A stretch of 64,000 bases of DNA from a virus. The notes under the pieces are model-generated. The model made no database searches and was not told where the DNA came from. It saw only the letters and a list, made by a program, of their open reading frames with translations. The translations under genes and the position numbers were made by a program. The stretch's first letter is position 1, and the number at the start of each line of letters is the position of its first letter. Below are positions 18,221-27,841 of the stretch, in pieces. The stretch lies in the IMG/VR virus record IMGVR_UViG_3300020469_000009. One strand, 5' to 3'.

Positions 18221-18918
18221 TTATAGTTCTCCTTTATCCAATCATGTTTCTCCAACACTTGTTCAGGGTTGGGTTCTCCGTGGAATACACAGACTTTCCC
18301 GCCATCAGGAATTTCTCTTCCAAACATTTCACTTCTATCTCCTGCATGGGCGCCTCTTGCCATTCCTTTTTTGTAGGACCATGCCCACTCGTCTGGGAAT
18401 GGCTTACAGTAATCAGGGTAAGCATTAAAGTAGCTACTAATAACATTTTGATCACCGAAAAATGATACTTGTTTTTGAAAATCATGAAACACCTTTTTAT
18501 TAGTAATATAATACTCATAAATTGAAGAATATTCTTTGGAATTAAATCTCATGATTGAAGAATTATATTCTTTTCCAGGTAATATACCATTATCTGGTCT
18601 TATAAAGTCTCTTAAAATACCAAATTTTTCATGTTCAAAGAAACAATCTATATTATCTACAATAACTACATCTAAATCAAAATATAACCATTCACCTTCA
18701 CCCATTACATCAGTATTAAACATTTGTAATTTGTTCCACCAACCTTGAAAGCCTGGTAATAGTTCAATAGGTTTAATTGGGCCCGTGTAAAAATTCTGGT
18801 CGGTCATTACATAAAAGTTAAACTCTTTTGTAGTGTTTCGTTTGACCATATTGTATAATCTTTCAGTATAAGACTTAGGATATTTAGTACCCCAGTTTGT
18901 GCATACTACATTTATCAT
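18217..18918 (-). CDS. Glycosyltransferase, GT-A fold
   Basis: WGTKY...LYNMVKRN, WWNKL, YFDLD (DxD), NSSIM, GDQ, VFHGEPNP. Confidence 0.85.
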   Translation of the reverse strand: MINVVCTNWGTKYPKSYTERLYNMVKRNTTKEFNFYVMTDQNFYTGPIKPIELLPGFQGWWNKLQMFNTDVMGEGEWLYFDLDVVIVDNIDCFFEHEKFGILRDFIRPDNGILPGKEYNSSIMRFNSKEYSSIYEYYITNKKVFHDFQKQVSFFGDQNVISSYFNAYPDYCKPFPDEWAWSYKKGMARGAHAGDRSEMFGREIPDGGKVCVFHGEPNPEQVLEKHDWIKENYK

Positions 18919-19583
18919 ATTTCTAACCAGTCCTTACACATATCAGTCCATGCTTGGTGATATTCGCATCTTCTATAGTTTGCAAACCAAGGACCACCGT
19001 CTGTGTAATGTACGATATTTGATTCTTCTGGTTTGTCATAATAACCTATTAAATGATTCCACTTATAATCTAATTCACCTATATTATCTGCCCATAACAT
19101 TCTATGAAGATACATTGGTGACTCAGTATTTACTATTTCTGGTGTGAGATTCTTACATTTTTCGTTATTGAATAACATTACACTTGACCAATTTTTTCTT
19201 GGATAAGCATGCTGCATTTTGCCGTCCATCTTTGTCATAGATTTTGGTGAATAATCGTGTTTTACACAAGAAACTGATGCATTTCTATGTTTTGGATTAT
19301 TCATAATATTAACTAAATCAGCTTGCACTAACATATCACAATCCATAAACAAAGAATAACCTTTATAATTCATAAGTGCTGGTGGTAAAAATCTAGTAAT
19401 TGTAAATTCAGTAGAACCTTTTTTATCGTCTGCTCTTGTATAGAAACCTTGTTCTCTCAGTTCATGTAATTTAAGTGGTACAACTTCTATATTTGGATTT
19501 TCTTTTTGTATAGAGTGTTTTGCTACTTGGTATGCAATATCTTCTCTAGAATCCCAACCTATAAAGACTTTAAAATCCTGCAC
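18915..19583 (-). CDS. Glycosyltransferase (GT8/CDI-like)
   Basis: FIGWDSRE, STEFTITRF, FMDCDM, YPRKNWSS, HYTDGGPW. Confidence 0.88.
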   Translation of the reverse strand: MQDFKVFIGWDSREDIAYQVAKHSIQKENPNIEVVPLKLHELREQGFYTRADDKKGSTEFTITRFLPPALMNYKGYSLFMDCDMLVQADLVNIMNNPKHRNASVSCVKHDYSPKSMTKMDGKMQHAYPRKNWSSVMLFNNEKCKNLTPEIVNTESPMYLHRMLWADNIGELDYKWNHLIGYYDKPEESNIVHYTDGGPWFANYRRCEYHQAWTDMCKDWLEI

Positions 19584-20331
19584 TTTTTCTTTCCTTTGAA
19601 TAACCTAATTGTTTTCTAGATGGTCCTTTTAAATGATCAAAATATTCACCTAATGGACCTACAACTAGTGGATGTTTACTTTGTGCACCAAAACCTAAGT
19701 CCATACACTTTATAACATTTGATTTAATCATAGGAAAAGTAGTTTCATCAAAGGCAATACAGTCGTGCCAAGCTGAATATTCAAATATTTTATCACCATC
19801 ATACATATTACGATAAACACTGCACCACTCGTTGTGATTTTTATTTTCAGTGTCCCAAATCATAATGCTAGTTTCAGTATATTTAGCTGGCATTCTATTT
19901 ACAAATGACAGATAAACATCTGGGTGTACTATTTTTTCTAAAACTTCTAAAGGTAAGTCTTTCATAGTGACATTATCACCATCTAAATAAATTACGTATT
20001 TAGTCTTAGGATTTTCCAGTTCTTCTAGTTGTGCATATACTTTGTATGCAAATTTAGATGCTTGATGTGTAATATTATTTACATGCACATCATTTACATG
20101 TGGGTGTCTATCTTTATTTCTTTCAGCAAATTGCTTGTGTTCAGGTATTTCAGTATGGTAATCTAAAAAGTGTACTCTTGGTGATACAAAATCTGGTGGT
20201 TGACCTTCATAATAAACATATAAGTGTATATCTTTTGGCCAATGCTTATCAAAAGCTGCTACGGATTTATGTCCATATTGTTCCCAATTATGTGGGCCTA
20301 GTGTCATTACGACTGAAAATTTACTTACCAT
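19570..20331 (-). CDS. Putative glycosyltransferase, GT-A fold
   Basis: KFAYKVYA, YLDGD, WHDCIAFD, DHLKG. Confidence 0.7.
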   Translation of the reverse strand: MVSKFSVVMTLGPHNWEQYGHKSVAAFDKHWPKDIHLYVYYEGQPPDFVSPRVHFLDYHTEIPEHKQFAERNKDRHPHVNDVHVNNITHQASKFAYKVYAQLEELENPKTKYVIYLDGDNVTMKDLPLEVLEKIVHPDVYLSFVNRMPAKYTETSIMIWDTENKNHNEWCSVYRNMYDGDKIFEYSAWHDCIAFDETTFPMIKSNVIKCMDLGFGAQSKHPLVVGPLGEYFDHLKGPSRKQLGYSKERKSAGF

Positions 20332-21506
20332 GTGTACCCTGAGCTGTGTAATTCATGAGCTATTACATCATAAGCCAAATCAATTTTGTCTGTAATATCT
20401 ACTGAATCATTACCTAAGAAAAAACCGTGGTCATGAATAGTATCAGCATTTGGTAATGTACCAATTACTTCATAATCTAAATGTTCAATGACAGGGTTTC
20501 TTAAAAAATTACCTGCAACAATTGGTCTAATTTCTACTTGTGCTGCTTGCAATGCAGTGGTTAATTTTTTTCTATCAAAATCTGGATGTATTACTGAAAA
20601 ACCAAACCAAGAACTAGTGCCATGCTCTTCTTGTGTAATTACCATATCTTTAAATTTTTCTTTAAAGTACTTTGCATTTTTTCTTCTTTCTTCCATCATT
20701 GCAGGCCATTTTGCTAATTGTACTTGTCCAATTGCTCCACTCATATCTAATGGTCTTACACTATAACCAGGTAATACAAATTTAAAGCTATCTTCAAATG
20801 GGTCTCCTGTTTTGTCATGTATAAAATTCTTATCAGGTAATGTTCTTAACCAACCATGTGCTCTCATAGAGTCTAAGTAATGAGAATCTTCTTCTGTATG
20901 ACACAAAATCATACCACCCTCCATAGTTTGTAGATGATGACTAAAGAAAAATGAGTGTGTACCCATGTCTCCCAATGTACCAGTTTTCTTACCCTCTAAC
21001 TCAGCACCAAATGATTCACAATTGTCTTCAAATAAATGCATATCATTTTCGTCACAAATATCTCTTAGTTCTTGTAAGTGTGATGGATTGCCAAGTAAAT
21101 TTACAGTAAATATAGCTTTTGGTTTTAAATATGGATTATTAACAGCTTTTTTAACTTGTTCTACATCTAGATTAAGTGTATGCAAATCAACATCGCAAAA
21201 AATTAATCTAAGTCCATATTGTTGTAGTGGAAAGTATGTAGTAGACCAAGATACTGCTGGTACAATAACATAATCACCTTTCCATAAATTGTATGATGGA
21301 TTTAACACTGCAGAACCAATTGCTAATAAATTTGCAGATGAACCACTATTGACCATCTTAGCATAAGGTGCACCCATATATTCAGCAAACTGTTTTTCAA
21401 AGGTAAATACTTCTTCACCCATAGTGTATCTACCAGATTTAATTACTTTTTGAATGGCATCAACTTCTTCAGTTCCCCATGTATCACAGCTTAATGGGTA
21501 CTTCAT
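20325..21506 (-). CDS. colD: PLP-dependent DegT-family enzyme, ColD-type (GDP-4-keto-6-deoxymannose 3-dehydratase)
   Basis: [29 protein letters not shown] with His at the usual Schiff-base Lys position, as in ColD; adjacent to gmd. Confidence 0.8.
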   Translation of the reverse strand: MKYPLSCDTWGTEEVDAIQKVIKSGRYTMGEEVFTFEKQFAEYMGAPYAKMVNSGSSANLLAIGSAVLNPSYNLWKGDYVIVPAVSWSTTYFPLQQYGLRLIFCDVDLHTLNLDVEQVKKAVNNPYLKPKAIFTVNLLGNPSHLQELRDICDENDMHLFEDNCESFGAELEGKKTGTLGDMGTHSFFFSHHLQTMEGGMILCHTEEDSHYLDSMRAHGWLRTLPDKNFIHDKTGDPFEDSFKFVLPGYSVRPLDMSGAIGQVQLAKWPAMMEERRKNAKYFKEKFKDMVITQEEHGTSSWFGFSVIHPDFDRKKLTTALQAAQVEIRPIVAGNFLRNPVIEHLDYEVIGTLPNADTIHDHGFFLGNDSVDITDKIDLAYDVIAHELHSSGYTW

Positions 21507-22540
21507 GGTCTCACCAAATGTTTTTCTAATTCTTTATCTATCATATCATCCATTAGTGTTTTAAAATTATATTCAAACTTCCAACCTAATTCTTTTTGTG
21601 CTTTAGAAGAATCACCATGTAATAACTGTACTTCAGCAGGTCTAAAAAATTCTTCATCACACTCAATAACTAATTTGTCACCAAAATAACCTTTTTCTTC
21701 TATACCTTTGCCTTCCCATTTTAAAGGCATACCTAATTTACCAAAAACATATTCACAACATTCTTTTACAGAATGTATTTCTCCAGTTGCTAATACATAA
21801 TCTTCAGGTTTATCTTGTTGTAGCATTAGATACATACCATTAACATAATCTTTTGCATGTCCCCAGTCTCTCATGGCATCTAAATTACCAAGTGTTAACT
21901 TTTCTTGTTCATCACTGGATATAGCTACTGCAGCTTTTACAATTTTTTGAGTCACAAAATCATCACCACGTCTTGGTGATTCATGATTAAACAATATGCC
22001 ATTACATGCAAACATACCGTAAGATTCTCTATAATTTCTTGTAATCCAATATGCATATATTTTAGATACACCATAAGGTGAACGTGGCCAAAATGGCGTA
22101 TTTTCTGTTTGTGGTGTTTCAACTACTTTACCATACAATTCTGATGTAGAAGCTTGATAAAACTTACATGTTTTTTCTAAACCAGCTGTTCTAATAGCTT
22201 CTAATAATCTTGTCACTCCTAATCCTGATGCATCAGCTGTGTACACAGGAATGTCAAAAGATATTCTTACATGTGACATAGCAGCTAAATTATAAACTTC
22301 ATCAGGTTTTATCATTGACACTAATTTATCTAGTGTAGAACCATCTGTCATATCACCATAGTGTAGCCAAAAACGTTCGTGATTTAATATATTTTTAATT
22401 CTGCCTGTATTATCTGTTGCTCCTCTTCTACGAATGGCATGCACTTCATACCCTTTTTCTAATAAAAGTTCAGCTAAATATGGCCCGTCTTGTCCTGTAA
22501 TACCAGTGACAAAAGCTTTTTTGTTATCTCTAGTCTTCAT
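21503..22540 (-). CDS. gmd: GDP-mannose 4,6-dehydratase
   Basis: [46 protein letters not shown]. Confidence 0.97.
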   Translation of the reverse strand: MKTRDNKKAFVTGITGQDGPYLAELLLEKGYEVHAIRRRGATDNTGRIKNILNHERFWLHYGDMTDGSTLDKLVSMIKPDEVYNLAAMSHVRISFDIPVYTADASGLGVTRLLEAIRTAGLEKTCKFYQASTSELYGKVVETPQTENTPFWPRSPYGVSKIYAYWITRNYRESYGMFACNGILFNHESPRRGDDFVTQKIVKAAVAISSDEQEKLTLGNLDAMRDWGHAKDYVNGMYLMLQQDKPEDYVLATGEIHSVKECCEYVFGKLGMPLKWEGKGIEEKGYFGDKLVIECDEEFFRPAEVQLLHGDSSKAQKELGWKFEYNFKTLMDDMIDKELEKHLVRP

Positions 22541-23504
22541 TATTTTGTCCTTTTAACATATTAGTATAATACCGTAATACTTCAATAGTTTTCAATTCTT
22601 CAATGGACCAAGATGTATAAGCTAAGTTATATAACCATTGATGTCTTTTATCCCATTCAAAAAACTGAAAAGCATTATTAATGTCTTTTATATCAGTGAG
22701 ATACATAGGTGAACCAAATGCTCTTTTGCTTAACGCAAAAGTTGGTATACCTTCAGTCACAGCTTCTAATGCACCAGATGAACTATGAGTGACACATGCA
22801 TATGCTCCATTTAATGATTCAAATAAAGTTCTTCTAGATACTGGACAGTTATGCACTTCTAAATTTTCAATACCTTCAATACATTTTTTCAATGGTGACC
22901 TTGGGTCTAATTTTGGATGTGTTCTATAAATTATTTTTCTTTCTGTAATTTCTCTTATTTGTTTTAATGTTCTATTTGCAAATTTATGATAAGGTTCTAA
23001 ATCATCAAATTGCCACCCTGTTTCTGTTTGTGCTAAAAATACTATTGGACCGTCTTTATTATCTTGTGGTGGACCATCACAAAAATTAAATTGTTTTTTA
23101 AATGCTTCATATCTTTCTTTGGGTAAGTCTTGATTCCAGAATATACCTTGACCTGTACAAGAGTTTAAACCAACTCTAAACATCTGTGTTTCACTACTAT
23201 TCAGTGCATTTCTAATATGAGTTGAAAAGGCTGCTGAGTCTAAAAAGTAGCATGGTTGTTTTGCTGCTTCAATACCTCTTATAAGTACTGCTCTTTCTGT
23301 GTCTAATTTTCTTTGAGTGTATGAACCAAAAGCAAAACCTACATCACAACTTACTGTATGTGTGCCTTCATGTTTATATGCTGTAAATTCACCGCCTGAA
23401 TTATTGGCAGCACTGACTATAGATTCTAAAGCTGCAGTGATAGGATTACCACCATTATATCTTTTACCAGCTTTAATCGATGAGATATAGCTTACTATTT
23501 TCAT
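22530..23504 (-). CDS. Putative glycosyltransferase (capsule-synthesis/GT-B-like)
   Basis: YRTHP...[16 protein letters not shown]...[10 protein letters not shown]. Confidence 0.65.
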   Translation of the reverse strand: MKIVSYISSIKAGKRYNGGNPITAALESIVSAANNSGGEFTAYKHEGTHTVSCDVGFAFGSYTQRKLDTERAVLIRGIEAAKQPCYFLDSAAFSTHIRNALNSSETQMFRVGLNSCTGQGIFWNQDLPKERYEAFKKQFNFCDGPPQDNKDGPIVFLAQTETGWQFDDLEPYHKFANRTLKQIREITERKIIYRTHPKLDPRSPLKKCIEGIENLEVHNCPVSRRTLFESLNGAYACVTHSSSGALEAVTEGIPTFALSKRAFGSPMYLTDIKDINNAFQFFEWDKRHQWLYNLAYTSWSIEELKTIEVLRYYTNMLKGQNNED

Positions 23505-24285
23505 AACAAATTCCTTCGCGCATTTCTTTTATAGAGTATTGTTTATAAGCTAAATTATAAAACAGTTGTTCTCTATCATATAGTTTTAAATTATTTATTT
23601 GGTCTAAAGAGTTGCTACACCAAGCAGCTGGACAATATTCTTTATTAGTAGATATTACGGGTATACCTGCTTTTAATGCATCAATTGATGTTAATGAACC
23701 TGCAGTAATTAAACAATATGCATTTTCTAATTCATCTTCAATACTTTTTTTAGCAACCGACGGTCCAGACGTACCTTTCCCTCTTGGTTTTAATCTTAGT
23801 TTTATAGGCCTATCAGTCTGATCAGATACATAGTCAACTACTTTTTGTACCCATTGTTCTACTGTCATGCCTGTCATATAATGTGTCATTGTTTGTGATG
23901 ATGGACATATTAATATATGCTCACCACTTGGTTGCCAAGGCTTTACTCCATCCGACCATTCTAAAAATCTATCAGCAGGTACATTTAGTCTTCTATTATC
24001 ATGCAAACTATTTGCACACCATCTCCAATAAGTGTTATCCCAGCCAAGCAATCTTACATTTGTTGGGTCATACCGACCATTATACGGCATATCACAAAAA
24101 ATATAATTATCATCACTTTTCATTATTTGAGGATTATTACCTATCAATCCCCACAATACATAATTATTATGCAAACCACTGTTAATTTTTGCACCTGGCC
24201 AACCTTCTTCTAAGGCTTTATAAATTTTATCCATCTTAGGAGATGGTCTAGGCTGTATTAAAGATATTCCTTTAGAAGTTTCCAA
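23473..24285 (-). CDS. Putative glycosyltransferase (capsule-synthesis/GT-B-like)
   Basis: PWQ...ILIC, RLKP, SLTSIDALKAGIPV, NLAYKQY; paralog of its neighbours. Confidence 0.65.
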   Translation of the reverse strand: METSKGISLIQPRPSPKMDKIYKALEEGWPGAKINSGLHNNYVLWGLIGNNPQIMKSDDNYIFCDMPYNGRYDPTNVRLLGWDNTYWRWCANSLHDNRRLNVPADRFLEWSDGVKPWQPSGEHILICPSSQTMTHYMTGMTVEQWVQKVVDYVSDQTDRPIKLRLKPRGKGTSGPSVAKKSIEDELENAYCLITAGSLTSIDALKAGIPVISTNKEYCPAAWCSNSLDQINNLKLYDREQLFYNLAYKQYSIKEMREGICYENSKLYLID

Positions 24286-25115
24286 GGCTGCCCCTCTGCT
24301 AATTCTTGTTCATACCATTCAGTATATGCCATTTTTTCTAGCCATTCTGTACGGTCAGGTTTGTTTGGTGCTTCTATTTGTTTTATGTCAGTTGTTAAAT
24401 CATATGCAAATGAATTTGGACTTGTAATTACAGGTACTCCATTTAGTATTGCTTCAATTGCTGGTCCAGATGACCAATTAATTACACAATGTGTTTTTTG
24501 TAATAACTGTGGAAAATCTACTTTATCAATATCATTTAATGACTTGGGCTGAGATATTAATGTGTCAGGGTGTTTATAACTTACATAAGCAAAGTCAGTA
24601 AGATAATCTCTAGGATGTGGTCTTAATACAATTGGTCTATTTGAATGTTTTTTCAGTAAGTCGATCCATTGAACAACCCACTTTTCCATAGGTGGTAAAC
24701 CATGCCACTGCATCGAATCCCCTCTTTGAGTCGCAATAACAATATAGTCTTTATATTCTGATTCTCTCCAAGGTTTGACATCAATTCCAAATTTTTCCCA
24801 TCTTGGTTCTTTTTGTGGTTGTGGAAATTTTGCTGCTGCATTTATACCGTCAATTCCTAATCGCCAAGTAAGTCCTCTTCTTAATTGCCCGATTTCGATG
24901 ACAACGACTGGCTTTCCTCTACTTTTGAAATCATTATAGACATCTTGGTTAGGCTCCATTCTGCCAGCGAAAAGAATAGACCAAATAACAGCAACATCAG
25001 CATCCCTATCATTGTGAACAATGCTATCACCGCAAGACTCAATCCCTCTACCAAGGGCTTCAAATATTGGAGGACTGTTAAGCGCACCATAAGCAGTGAA
25101 TAAACTTACTTTCAT
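24258..25115 (-). CDS. Putative glycosyltransferase (capsule-synthesis/GT-B-like)
   Basis: LRPHPR, NWSSGPAIEAILNGVPV, WLEKMAYTEW. Confidence 0.7.
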   Translation of the reverse strand: MKVSLFTAYGALNSPPIFEALGRGIESCGDSIVHNDRDADVAVIWSILFAGRMEPNQDVYNDFKSRGKPVVVIEIGQLRRGLTWRLGIDGINAAAKFPQPQKEPRWEKFGIDVKPWRESEYKDYIVIATQRGDSMQWHGLPPMEKWVVQWIDLLKKHSNRPIVLRPHPRDYLTDFAYVSYKHPDTLISQPKSLNDIDKVDFPQLLQKTHCVINWSSGPAIEAILNGVPVITSPNSFAYDLTTDIKQIEAPNKPDRTEWLEKMAYTEWYEQELAEGQPWKLLKEYL

Positions 25116-25133
25116 TGTAAGTATTATACTTCA

Positions 25134-26333
25134 TTAATTGTATGATTTAGTGCTTTTCAGAAATTTTGTGTATGAAGACATTACATCTGAAGCATCATCT
25201 ACAGCTGATGGCATAGACTCTCTGTCATGGTATTCTACTGCTTCTCTATAATTGTCACTAGTTTTGACTCTAGTTGTTGCCATGCCTCTTGGTGCCATAT
25301 TATTATCGGCACCACGATTTGAAAATATTCTTGCTTTATCAGATATTTTCTTTAGTTTAATGTCGTAATCTCTACCCTCATATCTAACCCAATCTTGTGC
25401 AAATTTCTTTAGATTACCTTTTAATGGTTCAAAAGATATAATTGCATCTTCTGGTCTCATACTTCGGCCAAAACCATCTTGTCTATTACCAGATGCTACT
25501 ATTACATTTTTGCCATCTGTATAAAAGTAAATATCACCAATAGCCGTATTACCTTGCTCTGTGTTTTGTACATAAGCTACTACAGGTTTACCAACTGTGT
25601 GAAATTTCATGTGGTCGTTAGCTAGTTTTGTAGACAAACCTCTAAAATTAGACTCTGCTAGTTTGTGTTGTCTTTTAGCTTTTGCTAATTGTGTTTCTAA
25701 ATCTTTAAGTTCTTTTTTGTTTTTAATTAAGATAGTACCACCCATACCGCCAGTTTTAGATATCTCTAAACCTTTCTTTGTTTTATCAGTGGCATTATTA
25801 AAGGCTTTAATTTTAATATTCTCATCAACTTCTGATTCTGGTAATGCTTGACCAGTGACATCACTATCTTCATATCCAAACTTTTGATATCTTTGTTTAG
25901 CCATATTAGCAGCGCCTTTTAATTCATCATCTTCAATATCAGGACTTGGAGCATCACCGTCATCTACATTATCTCCTGTTGAATCATCAGTAGTTTCTAC
26001 AACTTTACCAAATTGTTCTTTTTTTGTAATAAGTAAATCAGTAAGTTCACTAAATAAATTAGATTCTTCTTTGATAGTACAAGGATAAGTCTTCTCTTTA
26101 AATACAAAAGATTTTTTACCACTGGCAAATGCTTGTCTTGCTGCTAATATGAATGCTCTTTTTTCAGATAGCATTATACCAGAATCTTTCATAAGCACAT
26201 TTTCAGCACTTAGTTTAGCTGCAATAGCCATTTGGCGTCTTTTGTCTTTGGATTTTCCTTTAAATTGTGGAGCATCAGATTTATAGAAATCTTTTATCCA
26301 ATCTCCCATATCATCTGACTTATCTAAAGGCAT
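25134..26333 (-). CDS. Modular virion internal/head protein
   Basis: N-terminal IKDFYKSDAPQFKGKSK..RR.MAIAA module; C-terminal domain shared with 26335..27831; scaffold-like terminal helix. Confidence 0.65.
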   Translation of the reverse strand: MPLDKSDDMGDWIKDFYKSDAPQFKGKSKDKRRQMAIAAKLSAENVLMKDSGIMLSEKRAFILAARQAFASGKKSFVFKEKTYPCTIKEESNLFSELTDLLITKKEQFGKVVETTDDSTGDNVDDGDAPSPDIEDDELKGAANMAKQRYQKFGYEDSDVTGQALPESEVDENIKIKAFNNATDKTKKGLEISKTGGMGGTILIKNKKELKDLETQLAKAKRQHKLAESNFRGLSTKLANDHMKFHTVGKPVVAYVQNTEQGNTAIGDIYFYTDGKNVIVASGNRQDGFGRSMRPEDAIISFEPLKGNLKKFAQDWVRYEGRDYDIKLKKISDKARIFSNRGADNNMAPRGMATTRVKTSDNYREAVEYHDRESMPSAVDDASDVMSSYTKFLKSTKSYN

Positions 26334-26334
26334 A

Positions 26335-27831
26335 TTAACCTCTAAAAGGAGTTTTAGGCAGTCTTCTCACATCAAATTGTGACTCACCGTCTTCATCTTT
26401 AAAGACTCTTATTTTAGTATCAAATTTTAAAACTCTCATTGGTGCACTATTAAATGCACCTTTTGCAGCTTTCATCGCTTCTTTTTTAAAGTCATTATAG
26501 TTTGGCTTATGGTCAAACATAAATGCTTCTTCATCTGGTGGTGCTCCATAAGCATCTGCATTTTCTCTATGACCTGGAGCAGCAAAACCATATTTACCAT
26601 CACTATAAAAAACAAAATCAAAATGACCATCATCTTTACTAACACAATGAGCCACAATTGGTTTTCCAAATCTTGGATTATGAAATTTCATTGGGTCTTG
26701 GTCAATAATATCTGTGTCTACACTATCACCATCATCTGTTGCTTTCAATTTATCACCAATAGTTGATTCACTAAGTCTATCTACGTTAACTTCTTCTTCC
26801 ATTCCTAACTTTTTAAGCTCTTTCTTAATAAGTCTATCAACTTTCTTCATTTCTGGTTTCATGAATGCAGCTTTACCAAACTGACCAATCATATCAGCTT
26901 TTTGTTTCATTAGGTCTGAATATTTTAAGAATCTAGAAGTTTCGTCGATATCTTCGCCTTGTGCTTTCTTAATTGCGTCCTGAGAAGGTGCACCTTTGTC
27001 ACCTTTGTTTCTCATTTTTTCTCCACGTTTTCTTTTTGCGTGGATATTAGCCCATAGGCCTTTTTCTTCTAATTCGTTTTTAATATCTTCAGGAAACTCT
27101 ACATCTTCAGCATAGAATTTTAGTGCAGCCGCAACACTAGGATTTTTTGATAAACCTCTTTCTAATTTTTCAATTTGTTTCATAGCACCAGTATAATCGC
27201 CTTCTGCATCTACTGCAATTTCCATAGCCATAAGTAAATTTTGTTTATGTTTTTCGACATCTCTTTCATTTCTAAAATTCATTTTTGCTTCAGCAAAAAT
27301 ATTGTGGTCTCCAGTAAATATTGACATGGTAGTCTCCTTATTATACATTTGATGGTATTTTTTAGTGTGTTTAGATAATTTAGTTTTCTTTAATTCGCCA
27401 TCAGCATCTTTATCGCCTGGTGCTGGTTTGTAAGCATCTGGATCGTCATCAGACATTTTAGCTTGTTTTTTGAACTGAGCTTCTCTATCGTCTTTTTTAT
27501 CTTTTTTGACACCTTTCATATAGTTGCCATCATCTTTCATATTCTTATCTTCTTCTACAGCTTCTTTCTTGACTTTTGCAGCTAAGTCTTTATCAGCTTT
27601 TCCCCATGTACCAGAACCTTTACTAATAAAGCTATTTACTCTAGCAAATGCCCATTGTTGTGATGTAGTTCCTGGACGGTGGCCAGTTTTCCAAGCAGCC
27701 ATGCCTCGGTCATACACTTGTTTTAGTATACCGTATGCGATACCACTTTCTTTTGATTTTGTTTTTAGGCCTGCAATTTCTTTTTCAGCAATAACAGCCC
27801 TCTCAAATATATTGTCTTGAAAGATACTCAT
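26335..27831 (-). CDS. Modular virion internal/head protein (DUF5824-like module)
   Basis: SGIAYGILKQVYDRGMAAWKTGHRPG..QQWAFARVNSF and GLWANIHAKRKR modules separated by acidic E-ending linkers; upstream AATAAATA. Confidence 0.7.
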   Translation of the reverse strand: MSIFQDNIFERAVIAEKEIAGLKTKSKESGIAYGILKQVYDRGMAAWKTGHRPGTTSQQWAFARVNSFISKGSGTWGKADKDLAAKVKKEAVEEDKNMKDDGNYMKGVKKDKKDDREAQFKKQAKMSDDDPDAYKPAPGDKDADGELKKTKLSKHTKKYHQMYNKETTMSIFTGDHNIFAEAKMNFRNERDVEKHKQNLLMAMEIAVDAEGDYTGAMKQIEKLERGLSKNPSVAAALKFYAEDVEFPEDIKNELEEKGLWANIHAKRKRGEKMRNKGDKGAPSQDAIKKAQGEDIDETSRFLKYSDLMKQKADMIGQFGKAAFMKPEMKKVDRLIKKELKKLGMEEEVNVDRLSESTIGDKLKATDDGDSVDTDIIDQDPMKFHNPRFGKPIVAHCVSKDDGHFDFVFYSDGKYGFAAPGHRENADAYGAPPDEEAFMFDHKPNYNDFKKEAMKAAKGAFNSAPMRVLKFDTKIRVFKDEDGESQFDVRRLPKTPFRG

Positions 27832-27841
27832 TGTGTATTAT

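Noticed and set aside
18217-25115. Glycosyltransferases as T4-like DNA hypermodification enzymes
   Set aside because: No dCMP hydroxymethylase or T4 alpha/beta-glucosyltransferase-like gene recognised in the window, and the families resemble cell-surface glycan enzymes; disfavoured but not excluded without nucleoside analysis.
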